Shown here piece by piece: positions 1 through 11,747 of a stretch of DNA of 64,000 nt. Positions within the stretch are counted from its first letter, which is position 1, and the number at the start of each line of letters is the position of its first letter. Source of the DNA: Methanotrichaceae archaeon (GTDB lineage Archaea > Halobacteriota > Methanosarcinia > Methanotrichales > Methanotrichaceae); contig CAVWIG010000023.1 of the NCBI GenBank assembly GCA_963754945.1, positions 1 through 64,000 on the forward strand, read 5' to 3'. The notes beneath the pieces were generated by a model, which ran no database searches, was not told the origin of the DNA, and saw nothing but the letters and a program-made list of their open reading frames with translations. The position numbers and the translations under genes are program-made.

Positions 1-165
1 CACATTGTCTCTCTTAACTTCAGGAGAAGGGACGAGATATTGTCCATAATCGCGGAGCTTCTGGAAGATTAGTTTCTGGATTATTCAAGCTACATGCGAC
101 ACGCAGTAATGCTAAGATTATTTATATCAAAATGGGTAAAGAAGATGGTAGTGAAGCTGGAATAA

Positions 166-618
166 TCACATTTTAGCGAATTCTTCCAGCATGTCTTTAT
201 TATATGCGACGCTTTCAAGGAAGTGCTTACGCTCGATAGGTGATAAGGAACTTAGCCTCTCTTCTGCAGGCATCAAGGACGTTCCTGGTGATTTCGTTGG
301 CACCGACACGCTCTCAATTTTGTCCGAACTATACCATTGCAAACACCTTTGTCATGGATGCACGTCTATAATGGCTATTTCCGCTGTAATAGGATAAATC
401 TTCCGGAACCCAGGAACCAGCCTCGGAGTGTCGAAGTGGCAGATGGCTTTGAGGTTTAGAGGTCGTTCTTGAGCATGGATGTATTATTAAAGCAGATCAG
501 TCCAAGCGTTCTTAAAGGCCGCCTGGGAAATGCTGCCTCCAACACTGTTAAATGAAACAAAAGAGCTATTAAGGGGCTGCGGTTCTGAAGCTGCAAAGCA
601 AACTTCACCTAAGTCCAA
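166..618 (-). pseudogene. Possible decayed ORF of unknown function
   Basis: One 151-codon frame from TTG(618) to TGA(166), broken by TAA-TAA and TGA; ends ...FLESVAYNKDMLEEFAKM. Confidence 0.25.
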
Positions 619-802
619 GAATTATTAAAAAATTTAATAAGCAACCTCAACCTTATACTTTATAACAAGAAAAATTAATCGTTTCAGTGTGGGATGATGC
701 CATGATTGCGTCTTCGAACGCTGATACTGGAGTTGTTCTGAGCCAGATAAAATCAACCAAATGCTTGGGAAATAAAGAGCAGCTAAGGCGGAGGCGAATA
801 AA

Positions 803-1477
803 ATGAGAAAACTGGTTGTATTAACTTTCATAACTCTTGACGGCGTCATGCAAGCACCGGGCGGACCTGAAGAGGACACGACTGGTGGTTTCAAGTATGG
901 TGGGTGGACTGCTGGTTACTGGGATGATATTCTTGGCGGCGTAATGGGCCAGCAAATGGCAGGACCATTTGATTTGCTGCTTGGAAGGAAGACTTACGAG
1001 ATCTTCGCGGCACACTGGCCTTATGTCAAAAGCGATGACACAGATGGCCCGATTGCAGACAAGCTCAACAGCGCCAAAAAATACGTTGCCTCAACGACAT
1101 TGAAGAAGCTTGACTGGAACAATTCCACCATCGTCAAGGGCGATGTCGTTAAAGAAATTAAAAAACTAAAAGAACAGAATGGACCTGAACTGCAGGTCCA
1201 CGGCAGTGGTAATCTTATTCAAACGCTCTTGAAGCACGACTTAGTTGACGAGTTCCGCCTGAAGATATTCCCGGTCACCCTCGGCATGGGCAAGCGCTTG
1301 TTTGGCGATGGTACTATTCCGGCAGGCTTCAAGCTCGTTGACAGCAAAACTTCAACCACGGGCGTCATAGTTGCCAATTATGAGCGCGCAGGAAATGTCA
1401 AAACTGGGTCGTTTGCCTTGGAGACGCCGACTGAGGCAGAACTTGCTCGCCGCAACCGTCTTGAAGAGGGTAATTAA
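803..1477 (+). CDS. Dihydrofolate reductase family / RibD C-terminal domain protein
   Basis: MRKLVV..FITLDGVMQAPGG, LLGRKTYE, VHGSGNLIQTL, DEFRL.IFPV.LG.GKRLF motifs. Confidence 0.9.
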   Translation: MRKLVVLTFITLDGVMQAPGGPEEDTTGGFKYGGWTAGYWDDILGGVMGQQMAGPFDLLLGRKTYEIFAAHWPYVKSDDTDGPIADKLNSAKKYVASTTLKKLDWNNSTIVKGDVVKEIKKLKEQNGPELQVHGSGNLIQTLLKHDLVDEFRLKIFPVTLGMGKRLFGDGTIPAGFKLVDSKTSTTGVIVANYERAGNVKTGSFALETPTEAELARRNRLEEGN

Positions 1478-1478
1478 C

Positions 1479-2372
1479 ATGCAAAAAATCACCCCGCACC
1501 TATGGTTTGACAAAGAAGCTAAAGAGGCAGCTGAGTTCTACACTTCTGTCTTCAAGGACTCGAAGATCAATAACACGACAACGCTTCATAACACCCCTAC
1601 AGGCACGACGGATATCGTAATAATTGAACTTTTGAGGCAGGAATTCACGCTCATCAGCGCTGGCCCGCTTTTCAAATTTAATCCATCTGTATCATTTCTC
1701 GTCGCCTGTAAGACGAAGGACGAGGTCGATAAATTATGGGAAAACCTCTCCGAGGGAGGCATGGCACTCATGGAGCTTGGTGAATATCCGTTCAGCGAAA
1801 GATATGGATGGGTACAGGACAGGTACGGCCTTTCGTGGCAGGTGATGTTCATGAGCGAGCATAAGATAGAGCAAAAAATCACTCCGACTCTTATGTTTGT
1901 AGACAAGCGAGCCGGAAGAGCAGAAGAAGCAATCAATTTTTACGCAACTGTGTTCCACGATGCAAAAGTCGGCGATATCCTCCGCTACAGCAAAGGTGAA
2001 GAACCAGACAAAGAAGGAACAATAAAGCACGCCGCTTTCACGCTTGAGGGGCAGGAGTTTGCAGCCATGGACAGCGCGCGTGTTCACAACTTCACTTTCA
2101 ACGAAGCCATTTCGTTCATAGTGCACTGCGAGACACAGGAAGAGATTGATTACTACTGGGGAAAGCTTTCTGCAGACCCAAAGGCGGAGCAATGCGGCTG
2201 GCTGAAAGATAAATATGGTCTCTCATGGCAGATTGTTCCCACGATTATGGAAGAGATGCTCAAGGACATAGATGAAAAGAGATTGGCTCGAGTGACCGAG
2301 GCATTTCTCAAAATGAAAAAATTTGACATTGAGGAGTTGAAGAAGGCTTATAAAGGGGAATCCAGAGCGTAG
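1479..2372 (+). CDS. Two-domain VOC / PhnB (3-demethylubiquinone-9 3-methyltransferase-like) protein
   Basis: MQKITPHLWF start 1 nt after previous stop; duplicated domain with GW..D.YGLSWQ twice. Confidence 0.88.
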   Translation: MQKITPHLWFDKEAKEAAEFYTSVFKDSKINNTTTLHNTPTGTTDIVIIELLRQEFTLISAGPLFKFNPSVSFLVACKTKDEVDKLWENLSEGGMALMELGEYPFSERYGWVQDRYGLSWQVMFMSEHKIEQKITPTLMFVDKRAGRAEEAINFYATVFHDAKVGDILRYSKGEEPDKEGTIKHAAFTLEGQEFAAMDSARVHNFTFNEAISFIVHCETQEEIDYYWGKLSADPKAEQCGWLKDKYGLSWQIVPTIMEEMLKDIDEKRLARVTEAFLKMKKFDIEELKKAYKGESRA

Positions 2373-2941
2373 AGGTATGCCTTGCGCTCCAATCCTAAAC
2401 CACAGCCAATAGTTTTTTTCAACATCAGCTAGAGGCTGGATTTGTTCTTATAGAGTAATGAATGACCAATTTGTCTTAGATGCGTTTAACCACTTTGACA
2501 TCTGCGGGTCAAGAAATGAAGGATCTGCAAGTTACATGCCCTTCCAAGGTCAAAGATTGGATTTAAACCCGAAAGAGTACCAATTAGGGCAAGCGCACCT
2601 CTTGCAATCATTCAGGCATATTAACGGACGGGCCCAACTATCACAGGATCATTAGATATCGCGATGATTATAGACACGACTTACTTGTAATTCCCTGGAT
2701 CCACCGCATAGCCGCCCTAGCCTTCCCAAGACTGTATCGGTGTCGAGCATCTTTGCAATAAATCCCAGATACCGTTATAACCTTCGAACTACATCGCTAC
2801 GATGCCATCAGGGTATTCATGTCTCTTTATGTCCTTTCTGGAAACGTACCCCTTTTCCTATCTTCCAGATATGCAGATCTTCGAGCCTCGCTGCATCTAT
2901 TTTCGGACACTTTAAATAAGTTTCAAACCCTATATGTAATC

Positions 2942-3325
2942 ATGGACGCCAAGCTTGCTGCACACTTATGGTACGCCGGACTCAATGAAAGGCTGATGGA
3001 GCTTGGCAAAGAGGACCCTGAGGTCTATAAACATTGGCACGATTGGTACGAGCCAAAAGCAACGCAGCCACTGTGGCTCAAGCCAGATTCTCCTGAGAGT
3101 CTTGAGAAGCTCATGGAAGCGCTTGATACAGCCATCAAAGAAAGAAGATGGACCCACGAGCCGATAATGGAGGGATCCAACAACACTTGGGCCACATGCG
3201 TTGTACGAAGAGACGGCATTCGTCATTGTGGAACCGGAGAATCCGCAGCAGACGCCTTGCTGGATGCATACGTTTCTGCATTAAAGGGATGTCGTGGGGA
3301 TGAGATTTGCCCATGGCTGCCTTAA
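2942..3325 (+). CDS. Hypothetical protein
   Basis: ATG at 2942 downstream of TATA-like TTTAAATA; protein-like composition. Confidence 0.55.
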   Translation: MDAKLAAHLWYAGLNERLMELGKEDPEVYKHWHDWYEPKATQPLWLKPDSPESLEKLMEALDTAIKERRWTHEPIMEGSNNTWATCVVRRDGIRHCGTGESAADALLDAYVSALKGCRGDEICPWLP

Positions 3326-3383
3326 TCGAACATTCTGTATCAGGCCAGCGAGCTTTCCAACTCTCCTGGACGATGATTAATTT

Positions 3384-3716
3384 TCAATGACACCCCATTT
3401 TTTCCGTCAGCTTCAAGATTGCAGCCCTGCTGAATTCGGCAATCAAATCCATGGCAGAAGGCTCAATTAGCGGCTCGACCAATCTGCCGTCCTTTATCAA
3501 TCCTGCTTTGATGGCATATTCAAATACGTATGGGTAGTACATACGAACTGCTGCTGTTTTCCCAATGGCCTCGATGTAGCATGTTGTTTCTGAATTCTGG
3601 AGTTTCTCACCACGAGCAATTGGCTCGATGCAGCGATTGTAAAGAATTCTCAAAGCCTCTGTGAAGCTTTCGGCACTTGTTACTTCTTTCTCATTCAATC
3701 CAACTACGCTATACAT
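3384..3716 (-). CDS. Hypothetical protein
   Basis: 110-aa ORF from ATG 3716. Confidence 0.55.
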   Translation of the reverse strand: MYSVVGLNEKEVTSAESFTEALRILYNRCIEPIARGEKLQNSETTCYIEAIGKTAAVRMYYPYVFEYAIKAGLIKDGRLVEPLIEPSAMDLIAEFSRAAILKLTEKMGCH

Positions 3717-4040
3717 AATATACACTTCCAGTAATTCAGGTTGTTTGATCACGTTGTATGTTCTTGATCACAGGATGGATTTCTTGAACAGTTCGCCAGT
3801 TTATAGTTATCTCTGCCCCTAGAATCTTTTTTCGGTTGAATTTATTATCCGCGTGTAAAACAAAAATGAATCCTGACAGTTATCCACATGGCCACGAGTC
3901 AGACGTTGAAATCAATAGACTACGGTTCCGGTTAAATATTCTCGTAGTTTCAGAAAATAGAAATAGGCAAAAGAAATCAAGACAATTCCCTAGCATATAT
4001 CAGGATAAATTCAAATAAGTATAGTCTGAAAAACATCCTC

Positions 4041-4874
4041 ATGATAATAGTAGTCTCTGACGTGCACATGGCTGAGAGAGCGGACGATCCCCAGGTTAAA
4101 ACCGATGACGGCAAATTCAAAGACTTCCTGGATTACATCATATCTAACCAGCTCAAAGACGGAGGAGATTTAGTTCTCTTGGGGGATATTTTCGACCTAT
4201 GGAGGAGGGATTTCGTAAAGGCTTTGATAGAGAGCGAGCCCGTAATCGCGAAGCTGACGGAAATGAAACTGAGCGGCAAGATCAATATCCATTATTTGGC
4301 TGGCAACCACGACTACCATATGCTGCAGATGAGCGAGCTGCTGAAGGATAAGTTCCCCTTTCAGGTGACAAAGGACTTGCGACTAGTTGAGAGTGGAAAG
4401 AAATTCTTCTTCATCCACGGATACCAGCTGGAAGTTTTGGCCAACCCATATTACAAATCTATGTCTGCCTACGAAACATTCTCTGAAGGGCTCTGCTTAG
4501 CTGGGGATGACACCGGTAATGCTGCCGATAAGCTTTGGGAGACCTTCGAGGCATCTAAATCTGCCCTGGAAGACCTCAAGCGATTGCCAACCGACATCCG
4601 AGGAGCTCTTACATCCATGATGAACCCACCGGCTAACCGTCTAAGCGGATCTCATCAGGCTCACTCCATGGTTGAACTGGCCGCTATTTCTGAGGCAAGG
4701 GACATCTACCTGGGGATGGACAGGGAGGAAGTCCTCGTCTTCGGCCACACTCATGCTCCCTTCTATGAGCCAGAAAATGGAGTCGTCAACACTGGATCTT
4801 GGAAAAAACAACCTTGTAGGGATTGTGCATATCTTGAGATCTCTGATGGTCAGCCTAAGCTCAAAACCTTTTAG
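4041..4874 (+). CDS. Calcineurin-like metallophosphoesterase (UDP-2,3-diacylglucosamine hydrolase-like)
   Basis: SDVH, GDIFD, GNHD, HG, GHTH, NTGSW motifs. Confidence 0.9.
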   Translation: MIIVVSDVHMAERADDPQVKTDDGKFKDFLDYIISNQLKDGGDLVLLGDIFDLWRRDFVKALIESEPVIAKLTEMKLSGKINIHYLAGNHDYHMLQMSELLKDKFPFQVTKDLRLVESGKKFFFIHGYQLEVLANPYYKSMSAYETFSEGLCLAGDDTGNAADKLWETFEASKSALEDLKRLPTDIRGALTSMMNPPANRLSGSHQAHSMVELAAISEARDIYLGMDREEVLVFGHTHAPFYEPENGVVNTGSWKKQPCRDCAYLEISDGQPKLKTF

Positions 4875-5292
4875 GCTTAATTTTGCAGCAAGCCGATGGT
4901 TTAGACTATAATTATATTTTTTGTTTCAATGGCGAAGCTGCCATTTAGTCGAAGAGATTGTGGTCTATATTTGCGGTAAGGTCGTCTCAATATTATATCA
5001 ATTATTGGATAATATTATCATTTAAAATGGTTCAATGTTTTATTAATGTCTGTTTCTCCTGAGTTGATTATATCATAGAACATGGCAAACAATAAGAATC
5101 AGATGAACGCAGGTTCTCCACCAGAGCGGGGTTAGTATGTTCTCCAACTTTCCCTTTCCTCATTGTACTATCTATCATCTATTACAATGAATCCCAAGCG
5201 TAGTCCTCCATAACAATACGACACCTTTTATCAGAAAATACCCCGGCATCCCTTATGTCCCTGTACAAAGTTGTGGCTCCACCATACGTGTG

Positions 5293-5311
5293 TTTTATAT
5301 AGAAGTTCAAA
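5293..5311 (+). promoter_or_regulatory. TATA box of thermosome gene
   Basis: TTTTATATAGAAGTTCAAA about 50 nt before ATG; GAGGT RBS at 5341. Confidence 0.55.
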
Positions 5312-5351
5312 CAACCATTGGATGTTAATGTATCATTATTGAGGTAATTTT

Positions 5352-7001
5352 ATGGCAGGACAATTTGGTGGAACACCAATATACATACTCAGAGAAGGCA
5401 GTCAGAGGACTGCCGGAAAAGATGCACAGAAGTCGAACATCATGGCGGCTCAGGCAGTTGCAGGTGCAGTTAGGACAACTCTAGGCCCCAAGGGCATGGA
5501 CAAGATGCTTGTAGACACCATGGGCGACGTAGTCATCACCAATGACGGCGTTACCATACTCAAAGAGATGGATATCGAGCATCCTGCGGCCAAGATGATG
5601 GTTGAGATCGCCAAGACCCAGGACCAGGAAGTAGGAGACGGAACTACCACGGCCGTGGTTGTAGCTGGAGAGCTTCTAAAGCAGGCTGAGGCACTTCTTG
5701 ACCAGGAGATCCACCCCACGGTGATAGCTTCAGGTTATAGAGATGCTACAGACAAGGCCATAGAGATTCTGAAATCCATGGCGGTAAAGGTCACCACGAA
5801 AGATGATGATCTGCTTCGGAAGATCGCCATCACCGCCATGACCGGCAAGGGCTCTCAATCTGCCAGAGATGAATTGGCAGTGATAGCCGTCGAGGCAATT
5901 AAGTCCGTGGTAGACGAAGACGGGACCGTCGATACCGACAATATCACCGTGGAGAAGAAGGTCGGCGGCGGCATAACCGACTCTCAACTGGTGAGCGGTG
6001 TAGTGGTTGACAAGGAGAGGCTGCACCCCAACATGCCAAAGGTGGTCACCGATGCCAGAATCGCCCTGCTCAATGCTGCTGTAGAGATCGAGAAGACAGA
6101 GGTCGATGCCAAGATTCAGATTACCTCCCCAGACCAACTCCAGGCCTTCCTGGACCAGGAAGAGGTCATGATCAAGGGAATGGTCGATAGAATCGTTGCT
6201 TCCGGAGCCAATGTACTATTCGTCCAGAAAGGCATTGACGACCTGGCCCAGCACTTCCTGGCCAAAGCCGGAATCTACACCATACGCCGAGTAAAGAAGA
6301 GCGACATGGAGAAGCTCGCGCGTGCTACAGGGGCAAGAGTTGTCACCAGCATTCACGAATTGTCCAAAGACGATCTGGGCAAGGCCGGACTGGTCGAGGA
6401 GAGGAAGATCGGCGACGACAAGATGACCTTTGTTGAGCAGTGCGTCAACCCCAAGTCCGTCTCTATAATTCTCCGGGGCGGAACGGAGCACGTGGTCGAT
6501 GAGCTGGAAAGGGCCATGAATGATGCGTTGCGGGTCGTAGGCGTGGCTGTAGAGGATAAGGTTCTGGTTCCAGGCGGCGGCGCTCCTGAAGTGGAACTGG
6601 CTCTGAAGCTCAGAGCGTATGCGTCCACCGTTGGAGGCCGTGAGCAGCTTGCTATCGAATCCTTTGCAGACGCCATGGAGATCATTCCAAAGACACTGGC
6701 TGAGAATGCTGGTCTGGACCAGATCGACTCTCTGGTAGCCCTGCGCAGTGCCCATGAGAAGGGCATGAAGAGCGCAGGCCTGGACATGGATACCGGCAAG
6801 CCTGTTGACATGCTGAAACTGGGAGTTGTCGAGCCGCTCAGGGTCAAGACCCAGGCAATTCAATCTGCCGCTGAGGCAGCGGTCATGATCATCAGGATCG
6901 ATGACGTCATCGCGTCCAAGTCCGGCGGACCTGGCGGCGCTGGCGGCATGGGTCCTGGCGGAATGCCCGGCGGAATGGGTGGCATGGGTGGAGAGGACTA
7001 A
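5352..7001 (+). CDS. ths: Thermosome subunit (group II chaperonin)
   Basis: [30 protein letters not shown]-rich tail. Confidence 0.98.
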   Translation: MAGQFGGTPIYILREGSQRTAGKDAQKSNIMAAQAVAGAVRTTLGPKGMDKMLVDTMGDVVITNDGVTILKEMDIEHPAAKMMVEIAKTQDQEVGDGTTTAVVVAGELLKQAEALLDQEIHPTVIASGYRDATDKAIEILKSMAVKVTTKDDDLLRKIAITAMTGKGSQSARDELAVIAVEAIKSVVDEDGTVDTDNITVEKKVGGGITDSQLVSGVVVDKERLHPNMPKVVTDARIALLNAAVEIEKTEVDAKIQITSPDQLQAFLDQEEVMIKGMVDRIVASGANVLFVQKGIDDLAQHFLAKAGIYTIRRVKKSDMEKLARATGARVVTSIHELSKDDLGKAGLVEERKIGDDKMTFVEQCVNPKSVSIILRGGTEHVVDELERAMNDALRVVGVAVEDKVLVPGGGAPEVELALKLRAYASTVGGREQLAIESFADAMEIIPKTLAENAGLDQIDSLVALRSAHEKGMKSAGLDMDTGKPVDMLKLGVVEPLRVKTQAIQSAAEAAVMIIRIDDVIASKSGGPGGAGGMGPGGMPGGMGGMGGED

Positions 7002-7020
7002 GAGTAGGTCCTAACCCCCA

Positions 7021-7040
7021 TTTTTTTCCTTTTCTTTTTT
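7021..7040 (+). terminator. Archaeal oligo-T terminator
   Basis: TTTTTTTCCTTTTCTTTTTT 20 nt after thermosome stop. Confidence 0.6.
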
Positions 7041-7218
7041 CCTCTTGGCAAGTTATTCGGTATTTCATGTTCTTTTCGAGGACCAAAAACATTCAATATA
7101 CCTTGCAGAGTCCTTATAACGAATTTAATACTTCTTTAAGTTTCAAGACTTTGGCGTAGGGTTTATTCACATGCAATTCGTCGAGAGTAGTGTGAGTGAT
7201 CAATAGAGGAGGGATTGT

Positions 7219-8151
7219 TTGGAAGGATCGGATAATACAGAGAACGAGCTTAATGAGATGAGCAGGCAGTTCAAGGAACTAGCAGGGCCCGGCAGCAAGA
7301 CCGCCATGGGAGTTTTGCTCGCCAGGTTCGCTGAATCCAGAAAGCCCGAGAGCGAACGGATCTGTTATGATCCTTATGCCGTCCATTTCATCAGCCCGAA
7401 GATATCGGAGTGGGCAGCCCGCCATCCAGAAGAAGTTAATGCGATGCATGAGCAGCGTGAGCGCTTCCTGCCTGGACTCAACAATTCGATCGTGGCCAGG
7501 GTCAGGTTCTTTGATGATTTTGTGAAGAGATCGATAGATGAAGGGACCTTGCAGCTTGTCATTCTGGGCGCAGGGTACGATTCACGTGCCTACAGGATTG
7601 AAGGGCTGAAGAAGATAAGGACTTTTGAGGTGGACCAGCCCGACACACAAGCTGTGAAAATGGATAGGATAAAAGAAATCTTCGGCCATCTCCCCGATCA
7701 CGTTGTGTACGTCTCAGCAGATCTGGGAAGGGATGATCTTGGGCAAAGGCTGGCTGAAAAGGGATACGACCGATCTCTGAAGACCCTCTTCCTCATGGAA
7801 GGGATCTTGATGCACCTCCAGCCCACGGCTGTGGATGAAATCCTATCATTCATAGTGAAAAATTCGAGCAAGAGAAGCAGCATACTCTTCGATTACCACC
7901 CTCAGTCAATGGTCGATGGGAGCTCTGAGCTTGAGACAGGAATGAACATCTGGAACCATGTATCACAGCTGGGCGAGCCCTTCCAGTTTGGCATCAAAGA
8001 AGGAACAATCGAGACATTCCTTGTTGAGCGGGGATTTTCCCAAGTTCACAACCTGACCAGCGAGGACTATAAGAAAGCCTATTTCCAGGGTGTCAATGAA
8101 GGCCGAGCCGTGCTCAGCTTGCTGTGTTTTGCACATGCTGTTGTGGAATGA
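7219..8151 (+). CDS. Class I SAM-dependent methyltransferase (LCM family)
   Basis: R..FFDD, QLVILGAGYDSRAYR, FEVDQP, EGILM motifs; start may be ATG 7258. Confidence 0.88.
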   Translation: MEGSDNTENELNEMSRQFKELAGPGSKTAMGVLLARFAESRKPESERICYDPYAVHFISPKISEWAARHPEEVNAMHEQRERFLPGLNNSIVARVRFFDDFVKRSIDEGTLQLVILGAGYDSRAYRIEGLKKIRTFEVDQPDTQAVKMDRIKEIFGHLPDHVVYVSADLGRDDLGQRLAEKGYDRSLKTLFLMEGILMHLQPTAVDEILSFIVKNSSKRSSILFDYHPQSMVDGSSELETGMNIWNHVSQLGEPFQFGIKEGTIETFLVERGFSQVHNLTSEDYKKAYFQGVNEGRAVLSLLCFAHAVVE

Positions 8152-8338
8152 TGGAAATATCGATACATTGATGGCTGTGGGAATTGTTGAATTATGAACC
8201 AAGATCTTCGTTTCTGGAGAACGTCATGCAAAATCAGGTTGCCAAAAAAGAATAAACAAAAACAAGAAAGATCTGGTTTATAGAACCAGCCTCTTGTTCA
8301 TTCAGCAAGGAGTCTTGCTGCATCAAAGGCTCGCTTAC

Positions 8339-8569
8339 TTAGACCTTGTGGCCTATAGCGAAGCGGCGCATGACACGGTCGACCTGAAACTTAATCTGGT
8401 CCCCTACTTGGGTTCCCGGTACAAAGACCACAAAACCCTCAACCCTAGCTATGCCATCCCCTTCACGAGCGGTATCTTCAATCTTAGCGTCGTATTCGGC
8501 GCCAACCGTCACGGGGGCGGAGGGTGCAGAATCTTGATTAGAGGAATAACTTTCCTCACTTCTAAACAT
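8339..8569 (-). CDS. Single-TRAM-domain RNA-binding protein
   Basis: EYD..IED.AREGDGIARVEGFVVFVP; paralogous to 51832 and 52089. Confidence 0.92.
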   Translation of the reverse strand: MFRSEESYSSNQDSAPSAPVTVGAEYDAKIEDTAREGDGIARVEGFVVFVPGTQVGDQIKFQVDRVMRRFAIGHKV

Positions 8570-8697
8570 TTCTTCACGTCCTTAGCAAAAAACAGAAAAA
8601 TGAATTTTGCGCACTTATACAAGTACATCTGACTATTAATACCTTTGCTAAGCGATCTGCATAAAAGGTAATACTGGAAATATGGATTTTATGACTA

Positions 8698-9879
8698 GTG
8701 CACCATAACGCAAGTTTTAAATCTTATAAAAGGTCTAGAATATAGATCGTGGCAAGAAAAACAAAATTCTGTGTGAAACTGGAAGAGAAAGAACGAGAAG
8801 AGTTGAACCAGTACATCCGTCGTGGGAAGTCGTCTGCAAGGAGTTTAACTCGCGCAAGAATACTGCTCCTGGCCGACGAAGGGCAATCCGATGCGGAGAT
8901 CATTGATGCATTGAAGGCGAGCAGAACGACAATAGTGAGGATAAGAAAGAGATATTTCGAGGGTGGCCTGGAATCTGCATTGAATGAAAGATCTCGCAGT
9001 GGAGCGCCTCCGAAGATAGATGCACGAGTTGAGGCTAAACTGACCGGCATTGCTTGCTCAGATCCGCCTGAAGGCAGATCGAGATGGACGCTGAATCTAT
9101 TGGCCGACAAGCTTGTTGAGCTGGGGGAAGTGGACTCGATCTCAGGAATGAGCGTTTGCAGAGCGTTAAAAAAAATGAAATAAAGCCATGGCTCAAACAG
9201 CGATGGTGCATAGGGAGCATGACGAGCGAATATATCTGGAACATGGAAAATGTATTAACTCTGTACGAGCAACCATATGATCCGAGGCATCCTGTGGTTT
9301 GTTTCGACGAGAGGCCATGCCAACTGATAGGCGATGTCTTAGTGCCTATACCCATGAAACCAGGCAGTCCGAAGAAGGTGCATTATGAATACGTCCGTAA
9401 CGGGACATGTTGCATCCTTATTGCTTTTGATCTTCATGCAGGAAAAAGAATGATTCGTGTCATGGAGCACAGGACAAGGGTGGACTACGCCCATTTCATG
9501 AAAGAACTTACCCAGCAATATCCAGGTGTAGAATCCATTCGATTGGTCCAGGATAATCTCAATACGCATACTTCAGGCTCATTTTATAATGCTTTTGCGC
9601 CTGAAGAGGCGTTTGAGCTGGCTAAGGAGTTCGAATATTATTATACGCCAAAGAAAGGTAGCTGGCTCAACATGGCTGAGATAGAACTCTCAGCCCTATC
9701 GAAGCAATGCCTCGATCGTCGGATTGGAGACATCGATACTTTAACCAAAGAGGCTTCGGTGTGGGCACAAGAACGTAACGCAAAAAAAACTACTGTAAGA
9801 TGGAAATTCACGAAGAATGATGCAAGATTAAAGCTAAACAGGCATTATATTAATTTGCAAAATTAATGTTATGGTGCAC
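8698..9879 (+). mobile_element. IS630-family element, copy 1
   Basis: TIR GTGCACCATAAC/GTTATGGTGCAC; TA duplicated within CTAG. Confidence 0.95.
8749..9866 (+). CDS. IS630 transposase, HTH ORF (8749-9183) + DDE ORF joined by probable -1 frameshift
   Basis: A8 run at about 9167-9174; DE..QL, DNLNTH, SWLNMAEIE motifs; same split in copy 2. Confidence 0.92.
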
Positions 9880-10145
9880 TAGGCAGAAGTTCCACGCCTA
9901 TGGCTTGTGTTAGCGAACGGGACGAGGCTATTAGAATCCTGGATCGTGCAGTCTCTGACTACGGACTGTTGGAGGATCTGCGTGGCTATGTAGTTAAGGT
10001 GGACAGTTCACAAATTTACAGGTGCTGAAGAATCCGTGACGAGAAAGATACCCTATTCTAATCCTATGCTTCCCAGTTCATAGAGATAGAGATGACATTC
10101 TATTAGAAGACTGATGAGGTCGAGAAAGAACATGTGGCGCTGAGG

Positions 10146-10472
10146 TCAATTCTCCCTCAGCTCGTCGGTCCCAATGAAATCAATTACCGGATTGGAGTCG
10201 ATAGGGTCTGGAAATGTGGAGACAAAGAACTGCCCACTATAGATCTTTTTACCTTTATGGAACTCTGCAAAAATGGGCTCGTTCATAGGAATTGGGCCGG
10301 ATTTTGCGCGCTCCTCTATCATGGCACGAAGGTCTGTCTGAGAGATAATTGCCTTACCGCACCAGCTCTCTTTACCGGCATCTGTTTTGTCCAACTCTAT
10401 CTTCCAATATTTTAAGGCCAATGGGAAATTGTCCCAAACCAAGCGACCATCACGGCCAATTATCATCGACAT
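10146..10472 (-). CDS. Hypothetical protein
   Basis: 108-aa ORF with ATG start. Confidence 0.5.
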   Translation of the reverse strand: MSMIIGRDGRLVWDNFPLALKYWKIELDKTDAGKESWCGKAIISQTDLRAMIEERAKSGPIPMNEPIFAEFHKGKKIYSGQFFVSTFPDPIDSNPVIDFIGTDELREN

Positions 10473-10537
10473 AAGGAACTATAGTTTTAACGAATCACAA
10501 AGTTGATAGTATAACGAGAAGGTGGTGGGTCATAACT

Positions 10538-10678
10538 CTAAACACGGCAACCCACAGCATTCCAATTCAATGGCTCTTCAAGACGAGTTACACATGAGCT
10601 ACATATCCAAGCTCCAGGGACAACATAGCGTCCAGCAGCAACCAAGCTACTGCAAAATATACATTCGCATTCTACCAT
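10538..10678 (-). CDS. Small C4 zinc-finger protein (46 aa; not in ORF track)
   Basis: MVECECIFCSSLVAAGRYVVPGAWICSSCVTRLEE...; GGAGGT RBS upstream. Confidence 0.6.
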   Translation of the reverse strand: MVECECIFCSSLVAAGRYVVPGAWICSSCVTRLEEPLNWNAVGCRV

Positions 10679-10786
10679 TTTTAAACCTCCAACACTTGCT
10701 ATATTTACGCATGGGACCCTGGCAATGATCAGGAGTTGTCAACTCTGCAGCGAGGCAGAGGTCAACGATTCTGAGGATTGACGAGG

Positions 10787-11017
10787 TTATCGCACCAAGC
10801 ACGGAAGGACGAGCGGTGCAGGCGGCATCGACATGCTCTTTGATTCCAAGAACTTGAACGCCTTCTTCAGTGCCTTATCCTCATTCCCTTCATACCCGTG
10901 CCCGATGAATCCCGTCATCTCATTGTCTTGCACATCCACCGTGATCTTCCCATGTCCGTCTCTCAGTAGGTACCGCACCGCTCCATCAACTTGAGGCCAT
11001 GATTCAACAATCTTCAT
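10787..11017 (-). CDS. Hypothetical small protein
   Basis: GGAGGT RBS before ATG. Confidence 0.55.
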   Translation of the reverse strand: MKIVESWPQVDGAVRYLLRDGHGKITVDVQDNEMTGFIGHGYEGNEDKALKKAFKFLESKSMSMPPAPLVLPCLVR

Positions 11018-11155
11018 CTAATACCTCCTCGCTTGGAGTTATTCAGTCAAACAATGATGGAATTGCCAGTCAAGGACAAAACCGCTGGCAAAAGTCGTTA
11101 ATCCTTAACTGGTTGTGCTGCCATCCACTAACTACTCCTAGTACGATGTTTTTAA

Positions 11156-11747
11156 GTCAAACGTTGCGGCGGCGGACCCCGCTGCAAGCAGGCGGGGCAT
11201 GTTCCCGCCGCCGCCAAGTTAATCGAATTCAAGCAAACTCATTTGCATAAATCCTTCTTTTTCTTCCGTTGTTCCTTGCATTTCGACATAATTGCGAATT
11301 ATGTCCGATAATATCCCATCACCTACCGTCCCAATATATCCCCCATCGCTCCAAAATTCGCTGCCCCAAAGTGCTTTTTTGATTTCAGGAAATCTTTTGA
11401 AAATTTCTCTTGCGGTTATGCTTTTTATTATTTGCATAATCCTTGATGGCGAATGCTTTGGAGCTGCTCCAACGAAAATATGTATGTGATCTCCATCAGT
11501 CCCAATGGCATCAAATACAAATTGATATCGTTCTCCCAATTCTGAGCAAATATACTTGAAATATTCAATCTTATTATTTCCAGAAAGTAATTTCTTTCTA
11601 TACTTTATACATAGAACCATGTGATACCTAATTTTGTACACGCAATGATTCGCCCTTCCTAATTTAACCATAAGCCGAATATGCAACTACCCTTAAGTCG
11701 GTTTTCATGCTCATCCCCGCAGCAAGCTGCGGGGTATTCACTTAAAA
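11156..11747 (-). mobile_element. IS200-type element (tnpA only)
   Basis: Subterminal hairpins CCCCGCTGCAAGCAGGCGGGG and CCCCGCAGCAAGCTGCGGGG; no TSD; inserted 3' of TTAT on - strand. Confidence 0.9.
11219..11686 (-). CDS. tnpA: IS200/IS605 Y1 (HUH) transposase
   Basis: YH.V...KYRK, DHIH, KS.TAR, LWG..FWS.GGY, I..Y motifs. Confidence 0.95.
   Translation of the reverse strand: MHIRLMVKLGRANHCVYKIRYHMVLCIKYRKKLLSGNNKIEYFKYICSELGERYQFVFDAIGTDGDHIHIFVGAAPKHSPSRIMQIIKSITAREIFKRFPEIKKALWGSEFWSDGGYIGTVGDGILSDIIRNYVEMQGTTEEKEGFMQMSLLEFD

Noticed and set aside
5450-6863. Antisense ORFs over the thermosome (and similar ones over aconitase, ppsA, trpD-like)
   Set aside because: Shadow frames from codon bias of strong genes
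6925-7001. GGC/ATG-rich repeat
   Set aside because: Ordinary chaperonin GGM tail
9156-9190. Split transposase as a pseudogene
   Set aside because: Same split in both copies; programmed frameshift is typical of IS630
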